Below are positions 8,634 to 18,078 of a stretch of DNA of 32,000 bases, piece after piece. A model generated the notes under the pieces. The model was not told the origin of the DNA. It searched no databases and worked only from the letters and a program-made list of their open reading frames with translations. Made by a program: the position numbers and the translations under genes. Positions within the stretch are counted from its first letter, which is position 1. The number at the start of each line of letters is the position of its first letter. Origin of the DNA: Candidatus Heimdallarchaeota archaeon (GTDB taxonomy: Archaea; Asgardarchaeota; Heimdallarchaeia; Heimdallarchaeales; Heimdallarchaeaceae); contig DAOVER010000004.1 of assembly GCA_030668875.1 (NCBI GenBank), positions 60,001 through 92,000 of the forward strand, read 5' to 3'.

Positions 8634-8951
8634 TTATTCTTCCTTTTGTTTTTCTTCTTTTGTTTTCTCCATCTCCACTCCGTTAGGTTTGGATTTGGCA
8701 TCCAACTTTTTCTTTTTCTTATACATGGTCCATATGAAATAGCTTATTTCCATAACTATTCCAGCTACTAATAAAGCATTAATTATGGTTAATTTTGGTA
8801 ATAAATCCTCATAATAGTGCAAATATCTTTGAAGAATCAAGAACATAACATAGGAAATAATAACAACAATTATCATAAAGAGATGAATAGAGGCTGCTCT
8901 ATCTAAGGAAACAAATGTCTTCCGCTTGGTTTTCTCAGTTTTCTGATTCAT
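8634..8951 (-). CDS. Small two-TM membrane protein
   Basis: Two hydrophobic segments (IHLFMIIVVIISYVMFLIL; LTIINALLVAGIVMEISYFIW) followed by a KKKKK stop-transfer and a charged tail. Confidence 0.7.
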   Translation of the reverse strand: MNQKTEKTKRKTFVSLDRAASIHLFMIIVVIISYVMFLILQRYLHYYEDLLPKLTIINALLVAGIVMEISYFIWTMYKKKKKLDAKSKPNGVEMEKTKEEKQKEE

Positions 8952-9019
8952 TTTTTGCGCCGCAACAAAAATTTATTACTTTTTTTTTACTTTCTCCAGT
9001 TCTATAAGCTATTTTTGAG

Positions 9020-9433
9020 TTATATACTTGAAACATACTCTTTCTCAATCAGATTACGAAATTCTTTGATTTTTTCCAGCATCATTTTTGCTTCATTGCT
9101 AATAACACTTGGTAACATGTTTGATTTCAAAGCTTTTTCATAGCATTTAGCAAAGTAATTTAGTTGAAATACCAGTTGGACTACTCTAGCATATTGAAAA
9201 ACTTGATCAGGAGCAGTTACTAATGCAACTTTTAGCGATATTTCGTTTTGTTCTTCAGGTGTCAAATCAATGTTGTACCCTTCTTTATTACAAATATCAA
9301 ATAAAGTATTTAGAAACAACCTGCTTTTTCTGAGAACTGAAGCTAGTTCCTTTGCAACATCTGAGAGGCCAGGAACTTCTTTTCTAATAATATTTGCACT
9401 CTCAGTAACACTTTCAAGATGCATATTCAACAC
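9020..9433 (-). CDS. Hypothetical helical protein
   Basis: 137-aa ORF on the same strand as its neighbours with natural composition. No family recognised; the start may be the ATG at 9424. Confidence 0.65.
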   Translation of the reverse strand: MLNMHLESVTESANIIRKEVPGLSDVAKELASVLRKSRLFLNTLFDICNKEGYNIDLTPEEQNEISLKVALVTAPDQVFQYARVVQLVFQLNYFAKCYEKALKSNMLPSVISNEAKMMLEKIKEFRNLIEKEYVSSI

Positions 9434-9485
9434 TATTTCTGTTAAGTTCTATCTTGTTTTTATATTCTTTTTGGAATGCAACAGC

Positions 9486-9524
9486 AAAAAGAGCGAAAGA
9501 AGTAAAAAAGAAAGAGAAAGAAAT
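9486..9524 (-). terminator. Pyrimidine/oligo-T tract, candidate terminator of the ribophorin I gene
   Basis: Minus strand TTTCTTTCTCTTTCTTTTTTACTTCTTTCGCTCTTTTT, shortly after the stop at 9539. Confidence 0.4.
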
Positions 9525-9538
9525 CTAGAATTAAGGTT

Positions 9539-11647
9539 CTATTCTAGCAATAATCTAAGAGTTACGAGTTGACCATTAATTTCATTCTTAAGTTTTTCAA
9601 TGGTCTGTTGTCTTTCACGGAATAGTTTAACATAAGATTCTTTGGTCATGCTTTTCTTAGTTCTATATTCTTGTTGAAGCGCTCTTAGATTTCTTCTTTC
9701 TTCGTAGAGTTTTCTTTCAGCAATCTCGATTTTCTGAACAGATTCTTTGTATCTTCCACCAAGAGCTGATAAACTTATCTTTGTTGTCTTCAAGGACTCT
9801 TCTTCGGCTCTTAGGCGTTTTTCTAGCTTAGCACGTAATTCTTTACCTTCTTTTGCTTTCATTTTCTTACTTGCTATTTTCGCCTTTACCTGTCTGAGAC
9901 GTTCTCTAATAGATAAAACTTCTTCATATTGTTTTACAAATTCTTCAATCTCATCAACAGGAATGAATTCTTCTTCTATCTCGGCTTCAGAAAGTCCTTT
10001 TATTCGTTTTGCTGACCAACGAAGTCCAAGGTATATAGCAAAGATAAGACCCACTGCCATAAATTGCCAGAAGAATGTGATAAACATGTTAAAACCAGTG
10101 TAACTATATTCTATAATTAACGATGAGTTATCGCTTCCCGAAAAATTTGTGAACTGTAATCCTACCACTCTCTTTGTTCCTAGTGCAGTAAAATCGAATA
10201 ATCTCCCATAATCAATTATCATGTCCTGATAAGGATCTGTATTCCAATAATCAAGTTCCTTATATACTGCTCCCTTAGGAAGAATTATTTCAAGATTTAG
10301 ATTATCTATGGACCAATTAACAATTGAACTTGGAGAAAGTGTGAGTTTGTAGTTTGAACTTCCTTGTTCTTTCTCTAGAACACTCTCCATTGGAACAGTG
10401 TATACAATTGTAAATTTCATTTCTTCTCCATGGAATAGAGGTTCTCTTGGAAAGATAAGCAAAGCTTGATGTCCTTCAAATGTACTATCCCTTAGGTTGT
10501 AAGCACCTCTTTCAAAATATCCCTCTTCATTTATCTGATACTCTTGATTTAAGGATCCAGTGTCATCATACAAATCAATAACAGTAACGTTTTTTGGAAA
10601 CACTATCGGAAATGAGTTTAGAGCATACAGTTTTGGAGAGAGATGATCATAATCTTCAGGTCTTTCACTACCTAAGAAAACGATATTCTGTGTTTCAGTT
10701 ATTTGTACTAGTCCATAAGGATCAATTTCTACAACTCTATGAACTTCTGTTGCTTTAAACAGCAATGTGCTTGACTGTTGTTCTGCATCAGCAGTGCTTA
10801 CTGAAGATATATGTACATTAAGGAGAAGATCGTCAGAATATGATTGACTATAATTAAAGGGCAATCTTGTGATGTTTGACCATTTAAGAGTACCACTTAC
10901 TGCATCATTGATAACAGTTATCCCTTCAGTATCATTTCCAGGAGATATTCGGAATTCTGCTACATCTAAAAATAGGTCACCACCTTGTTTTTCAACTTTG
11001 ACTGACCCATTAACAATTGGTATGTTGTTAATAAGAGGATACAACAATTCTTCATAATGAGTAATCTGTTCTCCTACATAAAGCTCAAATGTATAAGGCA
11101 TAGAAAATTCAATGTACGAATTGATGAAATAAACGTCATTTTGGTGAATTTCTGTTTTATTCACGTTGAAGGGAATGACGAAAGTTGTATAGTTCAATAA
11201 TTTGTTAAATGTATATATCCGAGTAGCATTACCTTCTATTAGTGACTTATAAGTGGCATTAGCTACACGAAAACTGGCGTAAGTTATTTTATCAGCATGA
11301 ATATTAGGCAATGTATAATTAAAATATGTTAAATTTAGATTACCAATCACTTTTAATTCAATACTATCCGAGATTGAAAGTACACCAAAATTCTCTATGT
11401 TAATTGATCTATTTACTATAGATGTTACATTTAATCCATAGTCGATGACACCGATATCATTGTATCCTTCATCACTGTACACCATGCCACTTGGGGTAAG
11501 GAGGGGTGTACTATTCACAATATTCGATAGATCTGTTTGAGGGTTCATTTCTGCGGAACCCTGTGTTGAATTCAGCATAGCTGAAAATGATATGCTAACG
11601 ATGACAAGTAATGTAAAAGTTAACATTATACCTTTGTTTTTGTGCAT
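9539..11647 (-). CDS. ost1: Ribophorin I / Ost1-like oligosaccharyltransferase subunit
   Basis: Signal peptide; two repeats starting VNRSINIENFG and VHRVVEIDPYG; FPKNVTVIDLYDDTGSL, FPREPLFHG...YTVP and IDNLNLEIILPKGA align by eye with the eukaryotic RPN1 segments LP..A..VYYRDEIGNI, PRFPLFGGW...YNLP and IDSLTVKIILPEGA. Single TM at about residues 521-542 and a ~160-aa coiled-coil tail. Confidence 0.85.
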   Translation of the reverse strand: MHKNKGIMLTFTLLVIVSISFSAMLNSTQGSAEMNPQTDLSNIVNSTPLLTPSGMVYSDEGYNDIGVIDYGLNVTSIVNRSINIENFGVLSISDSIELKVIGNLNLTYFNYTLPNIHADKITYASFRVANATYKSLIEGNATRIYTFNKLLNYTTFVIPFNVNKTEIHQNDVYFINSYIEFSMPYTFELYVGEQITHYEELLYPLINNIPIVNGSVKVEKQGGDLFLDVAEFRISPGNDTEGITVINDAVSGTLKWSNITRLPFNYSQSYSDDLLLNVHISSVSTADAEQQSSTLLFKATEVHRVVEIDPYGLVQITETQNIVFLGSERPEDYDHLSPKLYALNSFPIVFPKNVTVIDLYDDTGSLNQEYQINEEGYFERGAYNLRDSTFEGHQALLIFPREPLFHGEEMKFTIVYTVPMESVLEKEQGSSNYKLTLSPSSIVNWSIDNLNLEIILPKGAVYKELDYWNTDPYQDMIIDYGRLFDFTALGTKRVVGLQFTNFSGSDNSSLIIEYSYTGFNMFITFFWQFMAVGLIFAIYLGLRWSAKRIKGLSEAEIEEEFIPVDEIEEFVKQYEEVLSIRERLRQVKAKIASKKMKAKEGKELRAKLEKRLRAEEESLKTTKISLSALGGRYKESVQKIEIAERKLYEERRNLRALQQEYRTKKSMTKESYVKLFRERQQTIEKLKNEINGQLVTLRLLLE

Positions 11648-11853
11648 TTATACTAACCTCGTCTAATACGGTCCTTGTGCAGATGAGACGAAACAATTTT
11701 AAATATTTTGGCTTATCAGAGATTTCATTTCATAAACTTCAAATTTCCATTTTCTAGTAAAATTTTTCCTTCAACGAACAAAATCACTATTTCTGTACAT
11801 TTTAATCTTCATTCAGTAGGAAAATTTTTGTATTTTGTTACATTCAGCTATTT

Positions 11854-12654
11854 GTGTATTCTAAAAAGGTGACAGTTGAAGAAGTTGCAAAGATGATTGA
11901 TCATACAAATTTGAAATCCTTTGCAACAAAAAAAGAGATATCTAAGCTATGTGATGAAGCAATAGATTATTGTTTTGCTGCTGTTTGTGTAAATTCTGCA
12001 AACGTTTCACATTGCTCTAAGTTATTGAAACAATCTGATGTAGAGGTTGCTGCTGTTGTAGGTTTTCCTCTTGGTGTTTGTACGTCTAAATCTAAATTCT
12101 ATGAAACTCAAGAAGCAGTTGAGCTTGGAGCAACAGAAATTGATATGGTCATGAATGTAGGTTTTTTCCGAGATGGAAATTTCTCTGCTGTAGCTGAAGA
12201 TATTGAAACAGTGGTTAAAGCTGCTGATGGGGTAGTTGTCAAGGTTATACTTGAAACAGGTTATCTTACAGATGAACAAATAGTTAAAGCTTGCCAGATC
12301 TCAAAAGATGCTGAAGCCCATTATGTCAAAACATCAACCGGTTTTGGTCCAATGGGTGCATTTGTTGATCATGTTTCTCTTATGAGAAATACAATTGGAA
12401 AAGACATGGGATTAAAAGCTGCTGGGGGAATTCGAAATGCTAAGACAGCTGTTCGAATGATAAACGCTGGTGCAGATAGATTAGGGGCAAGTGCAGGTAT
12501 TGCCATTGTCGACTCTCTCACTAAAACCTTGGAAAACGGAGAGTGGTTCAATTCAGATTCTGATAAACCTGAGGAAATTTATTCTTGGGGAGCTGCTGAT
12601 CCAAGGAAACAACCCAAGGACATATATGAGTATTATATAGCAAAAAACAAGTAA
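11854..12654 (+). CDS. deoC: 2-deoxyribose-5-phosphate aldolase
   Basis: MIDHTNLK, VVGFPLG, GATEIDMV, VKVILETG, VKTSTGF (Schiff-base Lys), KAAGGIR, RLGASAG. Confidence 0.95.
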   Translation: MYSKKVTVEEVAKMIDHTNLKSFATKKEISKLCDEAIDYCFAAVCVNSANVSHCSKLLKQSDVEVAAVVGFPLGVCTSKSKFYETQEAVELGATEIDMVMNVGFFRDGNFSAVAEDIETVVKAADGVVVKVILETGYLTDEQIVKACQISKDAEAHYVKTSTGFGPMGAFVDHVSLMRNTIGKDMGLKAAGGIRNAKTAVRMINAGADRLGASAGIAIVDSLTKTLENGEWFNSDSDKPEEIYSWGAADPRKQPKDIYEYYIAKNK

Positions 12655-12691
12655 TTAATCGAACTTGACAAAGATTAGGAGTAAATCTAAA

Positions 12692-15349
12692 ATGAAGCGG
12701 TTTGATGATAGAAAACTGAAACCAAAACTTACACCGATGATGCAGCAATGGCAACAGATAAAGAATCAATACCCAGATTATTTGTTATTCTTTAGAGCTG
12801 GTGACTTCTACGAATGTTTCAATGAAGATGCAAAAGTCGCTTCTGAGATTTTGAATATCACTCTAACTGCTCGTAATATTGGAGAAAAGAAATTTCCTCT
12901 TGCTGGAGTGCCTTATCATGCAGTTGATGCATATATAGCTAAAATGGTTCAATCAGGTAATAAAGTAGCTATTGTTGAGCAGCTAGAAGATCCTAAACTT
13001 GCTAAAAAAATAGTCAAGAGAGGAGTAGTGCAGCTCGTAACTAGAGGCACAATCACTTTACCCGAATCTCTTGGGAAAAGTAGAAACAATTATCTCGTCT
13101 CAATTAAAAAAGAACAAGGAATTTATGGATTAGCTGCACTTGATTTATCTACTGGTGAATTTTTAGTTACTGATTTCGATGAAGAGAATGCTCTTAATTT
13201 ACTAGAAGTTGAGCTAACAAGATTGAAACCTTCTGAAATCATTATTGAAAGTGAATTGTGGAAATCTCTTAATATTTACTCGGACGCACAACTATGTACA
13301 ATTACTTACAGAGATGATTTCTTCTTTGATACTGAGCAAGGAAAAGAAAACCTTTGTCAACATTTCAATGTATTAAGCTTGGAAGGTTTCGGAATTGGAG
13401 ATTATAATCCTTCTACTGGTTCAGCTGGAGCCATCTTGAGTTATATAAAGGAAACACAGATGAGAGAAAATTTCCTTAACATCACTAAAATCAGTCCCAT
13501 TTTGAGTCATGACTACATGGTCTTGGATTCAAGTACTATTAGAAATCTTGAACTTATTGAAAACTTACGTGACAGGACCGAGTATGGAACTCTTAGGCAA
13601 GTATTAGATAATACGAGAACCTTTGCTGGTTCTCGATTATTAACTTCTTGGATTCTTCGACCTAGTCTAAACCATTCTACCATTCAAACACGAATCGATT
13701 CTACTGAAGAGCTGTTAAATGATAATATTTTGCGTGATGAAATTCGAGATGTTTTGGGTAGAATGAATGATCTTGAAAGACTTATCAGCCGTGTATGCTT
13801 GGGCAGAAGCAAACCTCGTGATTTATTGGCACTTAGACATTCCTTGGAATTAATACCCTCACTAAAAGACCTCCTCTCAAAAACTAAAACCTCTTTACTT
13901 CAAGAAATCAGAGAAAACCTTGATCCCGTTCAAAAGGCAGTTGATACAATTACTAAAGGAATTGAAGATGAGGTTCCCGCAAGTATCAAAGATGGAAATG
14001 TGGTAAGAGAAGGATATAATGATGAGTTAGATGAATTAAGGAAGATACAAAAAAGTGGGAAATCTTTTCTAGCTTCATTAGAAGCTAGAGAGAAAGTTCA
14101 AACTGGTATAAAGACCCTCAAAGTAAGATTTAACAAAGTTTTTGGTTATTATATTGAGATACCAAAATCCGTTTCAGAAAACGTTCCTCCAGAATACGAA
14201 CGGAAACAAACATTGGTTAATGCTGAAAGGTTCATAACTCCAGAATTAAAGGAGTATGAGGAAAAAATACTGAATGCAGAAGAAAAGATACTAGTATTAG
14301 AAGAACGACTATTTAACGAAATACTTGAAGAAATCAGTAAACATGCAACAGAAATTCAATTAGACGCATATAATTGTGCAATATTAGATGTGATAACTAC
14401 CTTTGCACAAAATGCTGTTTACTATAATTACATCAAACCAGAAATAATTGATAAGGATATATTGAAAATCAAAGGAGGACGTCATCCAGTAGTTGAGCAA
14501 TTGCTTGAACGAACAACATTTATCCCAAACGATACTGTTCTCAAGAAAGATTCCGAGAGAATATTGATAATTACGGGGCCCAACATGGGCGGAAAAAGCA
14601 CTTTATTAAGACAAGTGGCTTTAATTGTCTTAATGGCTCAAATTGGAAGTTTTGTTCCTGCTACTTCTGCAAAAATTGGACTAACTGACAGAATATTTAC
14701 AAGAATTGGTGCCCATGATATTATTGTTGAAAATAGATCTACTTTCATGGTGGAAATGTATGAATGTGCAAACATTCTAAATAATGCTACAGAAAGAAGC
14801 ATAGTTATCCTAGACGAGGTTGGTAGAGGAACTTCTACATATGATGGTGTAGCCATTGCTTGGTCAATAACCGAATATCTTCACAATAATATTGGTGAAG
14901 TTGGACCAAGAACAATGTTTGCAACACATTATCATGAACTCATAGAATTGGAAGAATTGTGGCCCAGAGTAAAAAATTATCATGCTTCAGTTAAGAACGT
15001 TAATGGTGAAATTCATTTCTTGTATAAAGTTAAAGAGGGTGGTATAAGTGAAAGTTTCGGGATTCATGTTGCTTCTTTAGCTGGATTACCACAGAAAGTT
15101 ATAAAAGATGCAGATGCGATGCTTTCGATTTTGCACAGACAAGAGAAAAAAGAAAATGAAAAACTTGGTCACAAAAAAACTGTAAAAAGAAAAACCAAAG
15201 AAGAAGATCAAACACTAATTGAAGAGGGCACACAACTGTTAGACGAAATCTCAGGTATCAATACTGACAGAATCACTCCAATAGAAGCTTTTAATTTATT
15301 GAACCAACTAGTAGAGAAAAGTAAGAAATATCTTGAAAAAGATAAGTAA
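12692..15349 (+). CDS. mutS: DNA mismatch repair ATPase MutS (MutS1 type)
   Basis: TPMMQQW, GDFYE mismatch-binding Phe-X-Glu, GVPYH, ITGPNMGGKST, STFMVEM, DEVGRGTST, FATHYHEL, SFGIHVA. Start placed at ATG 12692 (AGGAG upstream) rather than TTG 12665. Confidence 0.97.
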   Translation: MKRFDDRKLKPKLTPMMQQWQQIKNQYPDYLLFFRAGDFYECFNEDAKVASEILNITLTARNIGEKKFPLAGVPYHAVDAYIAKMVQSGNKVAIVEQLEDPKLAKKIVKRGVVQLVTRGTITLPESLGKSRNNYLVSIKKEQGIYGLAALDLSTGEFLVTDFDEENALNLLEVELTRLKPSEIIIESELWKSLNIYSDAQLCTITYRDDFFFDTEQGKENLCQHFNVLSLEGFGIGDYNPSTGSAGAILSYIKETQMRENFLNITKISPILSHDYMVLDSSTIRNLELIENLRDRTEYGTLRQVLDNTRTFAGSRLLTSWILRPSLNHSTIQTRIDSTEELLNDNILRDEIRDVLGRMNDLERLISRVCLGRSKPRDLLALRHSLELIPSLKDLLSKTKTSLLQEIRENLDPVQKAVDTITKGIEDEVPASIKDGNVVREGYNDELDELRKIQKSGKSFLASLEAREKVQTGIKTLKVRFNKVFGYYIEIPKSVSENVPPEYERKQTLVNAERFITPELKEYEEKILNAEEKILVLEERLFNEILEEISKHATEIQLDAYNCAILDVITTFAQNAVYYNYIKPEIIDKDILKIKGGRHPVVEQLLERTTFIPNDTVLKKDSERILIITGPNMGGKSTLLRQVALIVLMAQIGSFVPATSAKIGLTDRIFTRIGAHDIIVENRSTFMVEMYECANILNNATERSIVILDEVGRGTSTYDGVAIAWSITEYLHNNIGEVGPRTMFATHYHELIELEELWPRVKNYHASVKNVNGEIHFLYKVKEGGISESFGIHVASLAGLPQKVIKDADAMLSILHRQEKKENEKLGHKKTVKRKTKEEDQTLIEEGTQLLDEISGINTDRITPIEAFNLLNQLVEKSKKYLEKDK

Positions 15350-15405
15350 TAACACGGACAGAAGTAGTTTTCTTACTAAGAAAAAAGGAATAGAATTTTG
15401 GTTGT

Positions 15406-17238
15406 TTGAAGAAAATGATTATTGAACTTGATACTCTCACTATAAATAAAATTGCCGCTGGAGAGGTTATAGAGCGACCTGCCTCTGTTGTTAAAGAACT
15501 TGTAGAAAATTCCATTGATGCTGGAAGTACTCAAATTAAAGTTGTCCTTCAGGAAGGGGGGAAGAAACTCATTGAAGTTACAGATAATGGTTCAGGAATG
15601 AATCATGATGACGCTTTGTTATCAATCAAAAGTCATACAACAAGTAAAATTGCTACAGCTGAAGATTTGTTTTCAATTGCAAGTTTAGGCTTTAGAGGTG
15701 AAGCTTTAGCTAGTGTAGTAAGTGTTGCCCAAGTTGAAATTTTTACCAAAAGGGAAACTGACGAACTAGGAACACATATTCAAGTTGAAGGAGGTAAAAT
15801 CCTTCTTGATAAAAATATCTCCGTAGCAAGTGGGACTAAAATTACCGTAAGGAATTTATTTTATAATGTGCCTGTAAGAAGAAGGTTTCTAAAGTCTGAA
15901 ACAACTGAAATGAATCATATTACAGAATACCTCACAAAGCTAGCTTTGGCATTCCCAGAAATATCCTTTTCCCTAGATCATAACAATCGTAGTGTGATAA
16001 CTGCTCCTAAAGGAGACCTTATCTCTCAAATAAATTCCATATTTGGAAAAAACATTGCAAAAGCATGTATTCCGGTTTCTAAGACAGAAGATGAATACAC
16101 AGTTACCGGTTTTATAACCAAACCAGAATTTTCTAGAAAATCTAGGGACTATCTTTATATCTTCGTTTTAAACCGACCTATCGTAAATAAAGTAATCACC
16201 GATGCGATTCTTCGTGGATATAGTACAGCACTGCCACATAATAGAACCCCCATAGTTTTTCTAAATATCACAGTTCCAAAGAATGAAGTTGATGTTAATG
16301 TTCATCCCACGAAAAAAGAAGTTCGTTTTAGTAAAGAAGCTAAATTGTTTAGCCTAGTTGAACTTGCAGTAAAAGAATCTCTAGAAAAAAGCGGATTAGA
16401 GATATTTGAAAGGGTATCAGAACCAAAACACAAGCCCACAATGCTAGATCAACATTCAGCGCCAAAGGTAGTTTCTAAGACACAACCCACCCAAATACGA
16501 TCATCACCTTCTCCTCCTTTAGTTCAAGATAAAGTGGGGTATAAGGTAGTGAAAACAAGAGATAAATCAATTGATCATTTCTTACCTTCTACTCACAGAG
16601 GAACTTCATATCAAAAACAAGAGCATTCGCCAAAACCACTGATTAAAATCCTTGGAATAATCAAGGATACTTACATTATAGCTGAAACGAATGAAGGTCT
16701 TCTATTATGTGATCAACATGCTGCTCATGAGAAAATTAATTATTCTAAATATGTTGATCAAATTGAAAGAAAAAAAATTAGTGTTCAAAGTTTACTCGCA
16801 CCAGTTTCAGTTAGTATAAAACCTTCAGAGTTAGAAGTTATTAATGATCTTAAAACTAAATTGAAAGAATATGGTTTTGAATTAGAAATTTTCGGTAAAA
16901 ATGAGATTCTAATACGTTCAATTCCTTCGATAATGGGCGTTGCTATTTCATATGACTTAGCAAAAGATTTGATTGACATATTTAAAGAAAATATAGACCA
17001 GATTAACAAACAAACAACGCTTGAAGATTTAGGTTTTATAAAAGACATAGTTTCTATCTTTGCATGTCGAAGATCCATTAAAGCCGGTGACAAAATCTCA
17101 GTTAGTGAAGCTGAATCATTGATTGAAAATCTCTTAAAATTAGAAGAACCTTATACGTGTCCTCATGGGCGTCCAACAATGGTTATCTTGAATCAGAAGT
17201 ATATCGAAGAAATATTCCAAAGAGATTACAAATCATAA
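15406..17238 (+). CDS. mutL: DNA mismatch repair endonuclease MutL
   Basis: NKIAAGEVIERPASVVKELVENSIDAG, DNGSG, GFRGEAL; C-terminal DQHAAHE, ACR and CPHGRP endonuclease motifs. Confidence 0.97.
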   Translation: MKKMIIELDTLTINKIAAGEVIERPASVVKELVENSIDAGSTQIKVVLQEGGKKLIEVTDNGSGMNHDDALLSIKSHTTSKIATAEDLFSIASLGFRGEALASVVSVAQVEIFTKRETDELGTHIQVEGGKILLDKNISVASGTKITVRNLFYNVPVRRRFLKSETTEMNHITEYLTKLALAFPEISFSLDHNNRSVITAPKGDLISQINSIFGKNIAKACIPVSKTEDEYTVTGFITKPEFSRKSRDYLYIFVLNRPIVNKVITDAILRGYSTALPHNRTPIVFLNITVPKNEVDVNVHPTKKEVRFSKEAKLFSLVELAVKESLEKSGLEIFERVSEPKHKPTMLDQHSAPKVVSKTQPTQIRSSPSPPLVQDKVGYKVVKTRDKSIDHFLPSTHRGTSYQKQEHSPKPLIKILGIIKDTYIIAETNEGLLLCDQHAAHEKINYSKYVDQIERKKISVQSLLAPVSVSIKPSELEVINDLKTKLKEYGFELEIFGKNEILIRSIPSIMGVAISYDLAKDLIDIFKENIDQINKQTTLEDLGFIKDIVSIFACRRSIKAGDKISVSEAESLIENLLKLEEPYTCPHGRPTMVILNQKYIEEIFQRDYKS

Positions 17239-17254
17239 GTAAGGTGTTTATCAA

Positions 17255-18010
17255 TTGTTAAATGAGAAAGAGAAAGAAAAGTATAATCGTCAGCTCATTA
17301 TTCCCGGTTTTGGTTCTGAAGGTCAACAAAAACTTAAATCAAGCAAAGTGCTTGTAGTAGGATTAGGTGGTTTAGGTTCAGGTGTTCTTTACTATCTTGC
17401 AAGTGCTGGGATTGGTACGATAGGAATTGTTGATAAAGACAATGTTGAATTATCAAATCTTAATAGACAAATATTACACAATGAAGAAAATTTGAATCAA
17501 TCAAAAACAGATTCTGCTAGCGAGAAAATACAAAAAATGAATAAAGATATTAAAATCATACCTTATAATGAACCACTAACTCAAGAAAACGCAGAAGATA
17601 TACTGTCTGGTTATGATTTTGTTGTTGAAGCTAGTGACAATTTTGAAACTAAATTTCTAGTTAATGATTTTTGTATAAAGCTGGGAATACCTTTTGTTAT
17701 AGGTGGTGTTCTGCAATTTGAAGGACAACTAATGACAGTTCTTCCAGGGAAGTCAGCGTGTTATCGCTGCATATTCAAAGAATTACCTGAAAAGGGAAGT
17801 TACCCTACAACAGACAAAGAAGGAATTGTTGGCACAGTTGCGGGATTATTTGGGGTAATTGAGGCAAACGAAACTATAAAATACATTGTCTTTGAAGACC
17901 CAGAAAAACTGCTAACTAACAAAATCCTCTACATAGAGCTAAAAAGTAATAATTTTGAAGTTTACGGCATTAAAAGGGACGAAAACTGCGCTATTTGTTC
18001 CAAAAAGTGA
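17255..18010 (+). CDS. ThiF/MoeB/UbaA-family E1-like adenylyltransferase
   Basis: YNRQL, GLGGLG, DKDNVELSNLNRQILH, DNFETKFLVND, Zn ligands CYRC and CAIC. Confidence 0.92.
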   Translation: MLNEKEKEKYNRQLIIPGFGSEGQQKLKSSKVLVVGLGGLGSGVLYYLASAGIGTIGIVDKDNVELSNLNRQILHNEENLNQSKTDSASEKIQKMNKDIKIIPYNEPLTQENAEDILSGYDFVVEASDNFETKFLVNDFCIKLGIPFVIGGVLQFEGQLMTVLPGKSACYRCIFKELPEKGSYPTTDKEGIVGTVAGLFGVIEANETIKYIVFEDPEKLLTNKILYIELKSNNFEVYGIKRDENCAICSKK

Positions 18011-18078
18011 CATTGATACATTAGAATAATTATTTTGGCTTAAAAAAATGATTTAAAAGATGGAAAAAGTGATGATAT

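Noticed and set aside
8438-8701. Minus-strand 87-aa ORF with a basic N-terminus
   Set aside because: It overlaps both trm112 (antisense) and the 8634-8951 gene in another frame; it is explained by the low-complexity tail of that gene.
8955-9572. Plus-strand ORFs 8955-9143 and 9270-9572
   Set aside because: Antisense to the 9020-9433 gene and running through a purine tract better explained as a minus-strand terminator.
17255-18010. Eukaryote-type ubiquitin E1 system
   Set aside because: A single ThiF/MoeB-size domain without the catalytic Cys; no ubiquitin, E2, RING or JAB gene in the window.
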